Assembly: GCA_964016885.1 (NCBI GenBank)
Contig: OZ024743.1
Span: forward strand, 127,906,001 to 127,970,000
Length of the DNA stretch: 64,000 nucleotides
Source: Eledone cirrhosa
Lineage: Eukaryota
Reading direction: 5' to 3'
Below are positions 53,628-64,000 of the stretch, in pieces. The notes below the pieces were generated by a model, which worked only from the letters and a program-made list of their open reading frames with translations, ran no database searches and had not been told where the DNA came from. The position numbers were made by a program, and so were the translations under genes. How positions within the stretch are numbered: position 1 is the stretch's first letter; every line of letters starts with the position of its first letter.

Positions 53628-55510
53628 AGATATGGATCAGTAGCGACGCAATCAAAGCCTTCTGCGGCGAGGGAGACGTTATTACCCAGATTAGAAAGAT
53701 AAAATTGGTCGCTACATTACAAGTGATGGAAAATGTGGCGGGCCTCATGGCGCTGTATCTGGAAGGTAATGCATAGCGTTGTACCTCGAAATGGACCAGG
53801 CAAACCAACTGAATGCGAGGAATATCGAGCAGCGCTTCAAGGATCATATGCTGCTTTCGTCAAACTAGGAAAGGAGGTGAGGTGTACGGGAGAGTAGGTG
53901 GACATGTTCGCGACGGAAATCCGGAGGCTGGCTACACAAGCCGAATTTACAGGAGAAAACCTAGAAATGGCCGTATGGATGGCGTTCGTGGATGGTTTCA
54001 CCAAGGAAATTTCGGTGAGGTTCCAACAGCTGCCGGTCAACAACAAAATGCCATGAGTGAACTGATCACACAGGCCTGCATGGTGACACGAGCGAAATGT
54101 TGTGGCGTTAATAGCAACGGAAACCTATCGCAGTCGACAGCGATTAACAAACGACGAAGGGAGAGGCGCTCCTATGAACACTCGTCCGCGAGCATTCAAA
54201 GGCCAGTATTATATGTGAAAAGGTTCTCACTTGGTAAGGGGCTGCAATGAGCCGAAGTCTAATATAATTTGCTACCGATGTAGCACATCAGACCACATCA
54301 CCAGCAAAAACTACCAGGGAAACGGTCAAAGGGGAGTTACTGCGCCGGTGAAGCAAGTAGAAGAGCTCTTGCAGTCGCTGCACATTGTGGAAGTTTTGGC
54401 TGGGGGAAGCTGTCAATAGTCTTTGTGGACACAGGTTAGATGCATTAGTAGCAGCGAGGTGGAGATTGCGGTACGAGGAATAAAAATAAGGCTGCGAGCG
54501 ATCGTGATCGACTATGTGATGGATGGAATTGATGTAGTAATGGGCATGGATGCGATTGGCAGTGAGTGAGGATGGGGTAATATTTGATAGCACGGGAACA
54601 CCATGCGCCGTAAGTGTGTGACAGGGAAACAGGGAAAGCCATGAAGAAAAATATGCTGTTCATACCATTCAAGCCCAGGATTTCTGGGCTATGTTCGACA
54701 GTCAGGGGTGGATAGTTGAGTGAAACTGGAGAGGAGAGGCCCCGACGTTGAAGAACAGAGTGAACTGCTATCAGCATATCTTGAAAGGGGATGCTAGGGA
54801 TGAATTTGAGGGATAGATGCAAAGAGGGATCAAGGTGGGCATATTAATCCCTTCGAAGGGGGAGATAAAACACAGAGTGTTGCAGTTAATGGCAGTTGTG
54901 CAGTCAACGAAGAACAAAGTGGACTTTCGAGAACTGAACGAACAGGTATCGTGCTACAGAGGCGGTGAGATTACAGATGTCTGCGGGTAAACCTTGCGAG
55001 AGTGGAAACAAATGGCGGGAGCATCCACGATTGTTGACTTAAAGTCGGCATTTCTGCAGTTACACGTATCTGAGAAACTGGCAGTATCAGCTGGTTAGAT
55101 ATAAAGGCCGGACATACTGCTTGATCAGGCTAGGATTCGGGTTGAATTCGGCATCAAATATCATGGCGACGATTCTCAAGGTCATTCTGGGATAGGTAGA
55201 CAAGGTCAAGAGGGCTACCAATTCCTACATTGACGATAGTTTGTAGGCAACACCGTGGTGTCGCCAAACAGAGGTCTCAAGTCATCTAAAAAGGTTCGGG
55301 TTAATCGCTAAACCACCAGAAGCAATGGAAGGAAGAGCTGCACTGGAACTCGGGCTACGAAGAGACAAGACGGGTACATTGGTATTTCGGAGGGGAAATG
55401 AAGTCCCAGAACTAGACGCCAGCATACACAGGCGAGAACGTTTCTCGGTATGTGGGAAATTGGTGGGCCACTATCCAATTGCGGTGTGGCTCCGAACAGC
55501 ATGCGACGAT
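53628..55510 (+). mobile_element. Decayed Ty3/Gypsy gag-protease-RT remnant
   Basis: CYRCSTSDH knuckle, FVDTG, VDFRELN, IVDLKSAFLQL, RLGFGLNSA, SYIDD. Confidence 0.82.
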
Positions 55511-56706
55511 GTCAAAAATATCAACGCTTATCCTCTTCTTCTACTTAATTTCACTCTGTCACTAGTTTTTGTTATAGTTGTGGCCATTAGTTGCGATGCA
55601 ACATCTTGCATGGTATTTAGTGTATCAAGAAATGCGATTCTGTTGCCACTTTCTGTATTTCTTGTAGCAGTGCAAGTTCATTTGAGATGACACACTACGA
55701 AATGAAGCTAGGGGAGAAAACACTAACGGACAATACATATGTATTATACAGACTTCCTAACAAAAATGGTGTTTAATCATGGAAACGTTACTTTTATCAC
55801 AATACAATGCCAAGATTGATATACAGGCCCATACCCCAGTTCAAATGTTAACCATACATTTCATATAAGGTCAGGCTACAAGATACAAATCCTGGTGAGG
55901 AAGCCATTATAATGCTACCAAAAAAGAAAGAATTACATAAAATTTCACAACCTCAGCTCCCAAATAACAGGGGCGCGGGGGGATATTGGAGGTGTTGGAA
56001 TAAACGGTGGTGGGGGTGGAAAATCGGTAACACTTTTTTAATACTAAAACACATGAAGCCGACTCTGATTTTTACAGTATTATGGATGTTCGAGTGTGTG
56101 TGTGTGTGTGCGTGTGTGTGTGCGCGCGCGTGTGTGCGTGCGCACGCGTGTGTGTGTGCATGGGTTCTTACATAATTTCATGTAAAAGACCTTGTTAAGT
56201 TTATGTTCTAAACACTAACTTAATAATGAAAAAGATAGCTATCTATATATAAATTTCTGCAATTCTGTCACAACACGAAAAGAGAGAGGAGTGGTTTGAC
56301 TACCTCATACTATTCCTCTCTCTTTACGTCTGTTGCCTGCGTGAATGTATGTGTGTGTAAGAGGAAGGAAGGAGATGGTGAAAAACTATCGCAAAACAGT
56401 AGCTGGCGTTCCATTTATTACGCTGTGTGTGAATGTATGTGTAAAAATATATGTGTATGTGTATTTGTGTGAATGTATATTTGTGAGTGTGTAGTTTTGT
56501 AAGTGTGTCTGTGTTTGCGCGTTTATATTTATATACTCATTCATATAAATGTATCCATATGCACATACGGACACGTACACACATACGCGTCACCGTGTTG
56601 AAAAAAATCCTAGTATTACTAAATCCTTCCTAATATTATTGATTATTTAAAATATGATAGGCAATGGATTTCATTAAAACTATAGTAATGGAGTGTTGAA
56701 CTAGAG

Positions 56707-56852
56707 CAGACATGGGTAACCTTTTTCGAGCAGAGGGCCGCATAGGATGTGGCTTATCATATGGCGAGCTGCAATACAAAAAAATTCAAGGCAGTTTTGG
56801 AATTAGGCGGGCCATTCAGAAAGCCAAACGGGCCGCAGTTTACCCATGACTG
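56707..56852. mobile_element. hAT (Charlie-like) MITE, 146 bp
   Basis: TIR CAGACATGGGTAACCT / AGTTTACCCATGACTG; 8-bp TSD AACTAGAG. Confidence 0.9.
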
Positions 56853-57661
56853 AACTAGAGTAAATAAAGTATTTATAAACAGACATTATGTAATAGATGA
56901 ATGCAAGTTTTCTCATATCCGTAGATAGCATCAAATGAGAGTAAGACAATTTTACCTCTTCATAACTATCTAATTTATCGCTAGCTTCACTCCCGAAGGA
57001 CTTGGTGCTTATTTTCTTTTCATTTATGTTCAGACAATTGTTTATTCCCAAATGTCATGAAACAACTTTCACAGCACGAGCCTACAAGGAAACATTTACA
57101 TGCTAGAAATAGCAGCCGAATCTCATCCAAGTCTCTCCATAGTAAAATGTATACCTTAGATAATGTAATTTTAGATGAATACTATGCTTGGATTAAAGAC
57201 GGAATGGTCACAGTTGGAAATCCTTTGATCAAAAGTATACTGAATTAGGGCTGATATGATGCCTACTAACATTAACATCTCTACTAGCGCATATGCATAT
57301 ATATGTGTGTGTGTGTGCGTGTGTGTGTGTGAGAGAGAGAGAGAGAGTGTGTGTGTGTGTGTGTGCGTATGTTTTGTAGCTTAACGGCTATAAATTAATG
57401 TTTTGTCTCTCGTCTCTTACTTCACTGGAATGCGTTTGGCTTATGTCAGAGGCTGTGACCCCCGGTTGGACCAGTAGTACTGTTGGTAGGGGTCGAAACT
57501 GCCAAAGTCCATCTAAACGACCGATGACTATGGAGTTCTGCTTCCTTCGTTCGTATTTTTATTTTTTTTAAATAATTTTTTTTTAAATTGATAAAAAATG
57601 GATTTTCCTTTTGTATTGTTTCCGTTCGTTTTCTTTTCCTCTCTGTTAATTTTCTTAAGTT

Positions 57662-57765
<104 letters not shown>

Positions 57766-57829
57766 TGTGTGTGTGTGCGTGTGTGTGTTTTTGAGTGTGT
57801 GTGTGTGTGTGTAATCTAATTACTAGAGC

Positions 57830-58818
57830 AACATTGGTTTCTAATTTAGGCACTAGGCCAGCCAGCATGGAAAGTCAATTATATCGACAACAGTATTTGG
57901 CTGGTACATTATGTTATCGACCACGGAGAGATGAAAGGCAAAGTTGATCTCTGGCAGGATTTAAACTCAGAAAGTAAAGAGCCAGAACAAATATCGCAAA
58001 GACATATTTCTCGACACTCTACCAAATCTGCTAATCCATCACACTCACTAATGACTCCAGCCTGACTAGGAGTAGGAAGCTGTCATTATCTCGTATCCCT
58101 GAGGTTATCTCTAGGGATACGGGAATCAGTAGACGGGACCTGGGGGCAGCGATGGGGGACAGGGAATTCTGGGGCATGAGAGTGAGATCCATCATCTCGA
58201 CAGTAGTCGACGAATGATGATGATGAATGATAATTGTTCCTACTTTTGGCACACGGCAAGCAATTACTCCAGTGTATTACTGGTACTTTATTTTATCGAC
58301 CGTCGTAAGGATGAAAGGCAAAGCTAACCTCAGCGTGATTTGAACCCCCACTAATGATAATTCTAATTTTATTTTAATTTTAGGCAAGGCCAGCTGTAAC
58401 TCGCCCAGTATGCAAATGAGGCTACTCAGCGGATGTATACTTAAGAAAATACAATATATTTTCAACTGTTCAACAGATTGGCAGAGGTATACAGTCCTAA
58501 CGAAGGGTAATGACCCAGAAACATGTTGATTGTTCCGCGATGCCAGTGAACAAACGGATGACGATTGGTCATCGGTATGGCACAGCTTTGATCGGGCCGT
58601 TTGTTTACAAACGAATCTAATATCATTATAGGTGGATTGGCAGTATCTGTAGATGGTCGGACGCCATGCTTTGACGCATAGAGTTACGGTCCTTGCCATT
58701 CTGAGTTCGAATCCCGCCGAGGTTAACTTTGCCTTTCATCCTTACGGGGTCGATAAAATAAAGTACCAGTAATGCACTGGGTAATTGCTGGCCTTGTTCC
58801 AAAAGTAGAAACAATTAT
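57830..58818. mobile_element. Cluster of SINE family A copies (57830-58035 minus, 58230-58348 minus, 58630-58818 plus)
   Basis: Core matches; further partial copies near 4540, 12700, 15364, 33060, 42605 and 61925. Confidence 0.75.
58350..58628 (+). mobile_element. Retrozyme-like element, copy 3 (diverged); HHR 58492-58532 carries G5A
   Basis: ATGCAAATgAGGCTaCTCAGC...GTTCAAC..TGGCAG.GGTATAC; CAGTC-CTAACGA-aGGGT-aatg-ACCCa-GAAA-CATG-TT-GATTG. Confidence 0.75.
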
Positions 58819-58855
58819 TAATGTTCGATATAACCCATACGTACATATATATAAA

Positions 58856-58891
<36 letters not shown>

Positions 58892-59540
58892 GTTGGTATA
58901 TATGTATATATGTGTGTATATATATATGTATATATATATATGTAGTTGGTGCTACTGGTAACATGTATGCCAGTACAACCTGTCTCATGGTCGGGTCGTT
59001 GGCGACTAAACTGGCAACCCCACCAAGGTTTCTTGGTGAGGAGGGTGACTTTGGACATCCTGCAGGACTAAAAACAAAACCTGTCAAAGGGCAAAGGAGA
59101 TCTTAAGAGTCAATGACCAACCAAAGTCACCGGGAGAGATGACCCCTTAGCCTTTGTCAAAGCAGAATTCTAGGAGAAGGAAAACTCTGATATAACACCT
59201 GCAACCCTGATGGTATCCAATGATGTTGACTTGTTCTTCTTTTTGGTAAATATCATCTTGGTTAAGAGAGTGGGACTGGCTTTGTGCAGTGCCTTTGCTC
59301 ACTATAAAAGCTTCACGGCACAGGCATTGCTTTATATCTGGAGATCTCTCTGCACTTGTCGTCATATGGTACCATGGGCCCAGCACTGTGTGTCAATAAT
59401 TGTCACAAGTGTAGTGTTTGTACCAGAGTTTTCAAGTCGCTGGATGGACTAAAAACCCATACTCGTTCAGCGCATCGGTAGGGGTTCTCCTACATGGATA
59501 TAAAGTAGTGGCCGTACTCGAAAACGAGTTGGCAGCCACC

Positions 59541-59629
<89 letters not shown>

Positions 59630-59800
59630 TACGCACACTTACATTTATGTATCAGCTGTGCACCTTCATTTTTAATACATATCAATTTTAAAACTTACAT
59701 CGAAAATATAATTATTTTATCTGATGAACATTTCCCTAAGAATCGTCAATTTCCTTGAAACTTTTGGTAATAGGATAATTATATTGTGTTGTTTATGATG

Positions 59801-59907
<107 letters not shown>

Positions 59908-60049
59908 GAATTAGGATTTAGCTTCATGCATAGCTGCTGTATACAGATATGTATTGGAATTTCGTATTTCTAAACATTCAGAAAGCTGAGGCTATGCAAA
60001 ACACCGAGGCTATCGCCCTCCCGTGGTGTCCAACAGAAGCAAGGGGGAC

Positions 60050-60095
60050 AATCGTCGATGCATTTCGAACTTAACTGGTCCTCATCAGAACGATT
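60050..60095 (-). ncRNA. Minimal type I hammerhead with extended stem I (60028-60120)
   Basis: AATCGTT-CTGATGA-GGAC-cagttaa-GTTC-GAAA-TGCA-TC-GACGATT. Confidence 0.85.
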
Positions 60096-60440
60096 CCTCC
60101 CACACTTGCGACTGTTGGACTTGAAAACAGGCGACAATATATGGTTTTCTCGTCTATGTAAATGAGGTGTTTTGCATAGCTACGGCTTTCTAAATGTTCA
60201 TAAGCTGGTCAGTGAAATTTGTTTTGATTGGTGGGTTAACCAGCATATGAACATTAGACTTTCTCGTACGCCATGTATATTCATTCTATCATTACCACCA
60301 AAAAGGGTCCGACGAGCCGTTGATTACAGAGTCGGGCTAGATCGATACAGATCGAACCTTGATATGATCGGTGGCGAAACGCGCGTCACCAACCAATAAA
60401 CGTAATGAAGGAGTAACCACTCGTTCTTGTTTTATTTTAT

Positions 60441-60527
<87 letters not shown>

Positions 60528-60558
60528 ACATACACACACTCACACACACACACACATA

Positions 60559-60629
<71 letters not shown>

Positions 60630-60639
60630 TTCAATTTTT

Positions 60640-60951
60640 AATTTGTTTTGCAAGATTTCTTATCTGAAAACGTGTGTTGAAACAGATATTGTTATAGTTT
60701 GGGAGGGTCATGCTGCCAATAAAAACACATGCACCTGTCGGTTTTCACTTCAATTTATTATAAATTTCCGGTTGGATATTTGGTTCAATAACCGTATGGT
60801 TGTTTATATGATGTCAAAGCTCTTTCGTCACACATTCTCTGACCTCCCCAGTGACTAGGTTTTTATTTTATGTCTCCTTTGTTCTGTCCTACACCATCTT
60901 TTTGTGTGCTGTTTACTTAGTTTGCGCATGCGTTACATCCGGGGGTGTGTG

Positions 60952-61019
<68 letters not shown>

Positions 61020-61055
61020 CACCCCCCCCCCACACACACACACACACTCACACAC

Positions 61056-61089
<34 letters not shown>

Positions 61090-61243
61090 TTTGCAAGGTT
61101 TTTTATATGAAATCGTGTGTTGAAACAAATATTGTTAATATTTTATAACTCTATAGTTAATTTAGCTGGCAATCAATGTTTATCATTGATTGACCAACAG
61201 TTAAAAATATATATATATATATACATATATTATATTATATATA

Positions 61244-61298
<55 letters not shown>

Positions 61299-61394
61299 TA
61301 TCAAAGTTCTTTCATCACACCCCTGAGGCATCACCAGTGGTACTATTATGTTTCCTCCCGTTGTATTGTAATGTTTACTTATTCTATTATTTAC

Positions 61395-61425
<31 letters not shown>

Positions 61426-61860
61426 TTCTTGTCTCTTTGCGCATGCCTTGTCTGCGTGTTTTCTGTTTGGTGTGTGTTCGTGTCTGAGTCTGTGTGTGTG
61501 TTTGTATTCTATCTTTGGTCACTAGTGTGTGTTTGTGTGGTTGTTGTCATTGTACCTGTGTATATTTATTTATATTTATCTTACGTCACTATTCTTTGTG
61601 TACGGTTGTTCTTGTTGTTATTTCATTCATTTTTTTCTTTTCAACTTCGGTTTTCTTAGTTCTATTTCAGTAGCATCTCTGATTTGTCTACTTGTTGATA
61701 CTATTTTTATTTCTATGTTGTCTATATTACCATCATGTCTTAGTCTGTCGGGCTCATATAGTACCGAACCGTCTTTTTGTCCTTTTATTCACCCCGGTGT
61801 TGATCTATTCCACTCCCTCTGTGCTTAGAGCTGCCTCTCCTATGTATGTCATATTTCTGC
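60640..61860 (-). mobile_element. Two decayed PLE 3' ends (60640-60960 and 61085-61860) with degenerate HHRs
   Basis: Match to the 3' regions at 10750-11040 and 9200-10020; HHR at 60813-60856 has core CTGGGGA. Confidence 0.75.
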
Positions 61861-62643
61861 ATAGTGCAAAAATTAAAAGATTAGAAACTCAAAGTACTCT
61901 GTAAAAATCACATTACATAAGAAAAATAATTTTTTTCTACTTTTGGCACAAGGCCAGCAATTATCCCACTGCATTACTGGTGCTTTATTTTATCGACCCC
62001 GAAAGGATGAAAGGCAAAGTTAACCTCGGAAAAATAATATGAGTTAAAGATGCACAGTATTATAAAAGCTAATATTTTAAAACACTATGGAAGGCCGTAT
62101 TGGCTAAAATATGTATCTGTCCATAAGCTGCATTATTTTTACTTTCATTAATGTTATTTAACTAGAGGTTACAAACATTAATTCCATTAATTACATATAT
62201 GCGCCGGTTTATTTTCCTAGGGACATATATTTGCAAATGACACATATTTACACGTGTAGCCCCATTATAAGCTCACATACACATACACGGCACGTGTGTG
62301 CTCATATAAGGTACACCCAATGCCTCTTCTCCACCATCTTATGTGAGCGCAAACATATACATAAGTACATGTGCACACAGACATACGCGTATATATACTG
62401 TTAATATAACATTACTAATATACACAACGGAACTGTATTTGCAGAGTACATAAAAATGTGTATATTGTTGCACAAATAAACCTACACTTACATATATATA
62501 TAATAAATATAGATAAATACGGACAATAATATCGTTTCACGCCCCTATACAGGTTTCTATACCAGTTGGGGTAAAGCTATATACTTATATACACATCATA
62601 TGTAAGCACTCATACACATATGTACAAGTACACACACTCGGAC

Positions 62644-62700
<57 letters not shown>

Positions 62701-62702
62701 TA

Positions 62703-62821
<119 letters not shown>

Positions 62822-63088
62822 TAGAAATGTAAGCTATCGCCGTATTTTGACTAAAGAAATTAAAGAAACTATTTAGCCTGATAGTGGGGTTAAGAACACT
62901 CGGAGAAAATGGAAAAAGATGAGTATTGACGTACATGGCAGTCGAACCCACATGTTTGGTTATCCGGACTCCCATGTACGTCAATACTCATCTTTTTCCA
63001 TTTTCTCCGAGGGTTCTTAACCCCACTATCATGCTAAATAGTTTCTTTAATTTCTTTAGTCAAAATACGGCGATAGCTTACATTTCTA
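62822..63088. repeat. Fold-back: ~117-bp arms, 33-nt spacer, between (TA)n tracts
   Basis: 62822-62938 is the reverse complement of 62972-63088 with about 2 mismatches. Confidence 0.92.
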
Positions 63089-63131
63089 ATAATTTCAAAC
63101 CCACTCGCTGTTTCGAAAATATTCTTACTTG

Positions 63132-63164
<33 letters not shown>

Positions 63165-63544
63165 AACAATGAGTTAGAGACTTTGTTGGTATGTAATCAA
63201 CAGAGCTATGTTCATAACAGATATGGAGCACTCGACAAAAATAAAATTTATCTGGAGTATTATAATAATAATAGTAATAAATTGAAAATATATCACTATA
63301 GCATCATAATTTATTTCGTCATATATATTTCAGGGATACTAAGTTATAGTATGCCTTCTTCAGACAAAATACAATATTAGATGTATAAAAATGTGATATA
63401 CTCATAAAAGAGATCTCATGCGATCAATTTAAAATGGGTATGTGATTCAAAATCTCAAAATTTTCTAGGATGTAAAGTTATGGGGAAAAATAAACAAATA
63501 AATAAATAATAAAGACAGTTAAAATAGACGCTTAAATCAAAATC

Positions 63545-64000
63545 AGTTTAGTTCAACAGTTCTTTCACGCTCTCGATAAATGTTTCCATAGAAACCATAA
63601 ATATTACCAGATTTTTAATAGAGATACTATCAAATTGCCATACTCTATAACTATGAACATCGCCCAAAATATAGCAAAAATTAATAATAGGAATCTTAAA
63701 TTGAATCAAATAACCCCAGCACTAACAATAGTAATATTGATAATAACATTAGCAATAATAATAATGTACACCTTAATAATAGAAACCTACCATCAAATAA
63801 TAACATAAAGAATTGCAATTGTAAGAACAGTCTATCTTGCTCGTTAAATAATAAATGCCTTGACCGCAATCTAGTGTATAAACGCATTGTTAAAACTAAT
63901 GATAAGTCGTATAACTATATAGGTGCCACTTCATCTAAATTTAAGGAAACATTGTATAACCACACGCATACTTTTAAACGAATGGATAAGAAATTCTCAA
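63545..64000 (+). mobile_element. Decayed Hydra-clade-like PLE C-terminus (GIY-YIG), runs off the window; absent from the ORF track
   Basis: Manual translation FFHALDKCFHRNHKYYQIFNRDTIKLPYS, frameshift, then NCNCKNSLSCSLNNKCLDRNLVY..YIGATSSKFKE. Confidence 0.8.

Noticed and set aside
57448-57514. HHR-like GACCCC...GGGGTC-GAAA-CT..AG-TC
   Set aside because: Upstream box reads CTGTGA (incomplete) and stem I is mismatched; at best a decayed ribozyme.
59455-59542. HDV-like pairings on the minus strand (P1-, P2- and P4-like)
   Set aside because: P3/L3 and P1.1 cannot be formed.
60355-60395. GAAACGCGCGTC, resembling an HHR 3' half
   Set aside because: No matching 5' box or stem II; explained by a simple GGTGGCG/CGTCACC hairpin.

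Overview
AT-rich, repeat-dominated eukaryotic DNA, probably intronic or intergenic. The SINE, RTE and microsatellite make-up suggests an octopus or other cephalopod (inference). I found no host exon, and most short ORFs are microsatellite or antisense artefacts. The window holds two clades of Penelope-like elements (RT plus GIY-YIG), several decayed RTE LINEs, an L1/Tx1 LINE, a Gypsy remnant, a non-coding LTR element with a tRNA-Trp PBS, a DD37D mariner, hAT and piggyBac MITEs, two tRNA-derived SINE families and several minisatellites. The main signal is at the RNA level: about 12 hammerhead ribozyme (HHR) motifs. They include (i) a candidate non-circularly permuted (pseudoknotted) hammerhead present twice in 259-bp direct repeats 622 nt apart, (ii) three diverged copies of a ~420-520-nt non-coding retrozyme-like element with covarying HHR stems and a conserved octamer, and (iii) two U3-A8 core variants. 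All structures were folded by eye, and element boundaries are approximate unless a TSD or TIR is given.
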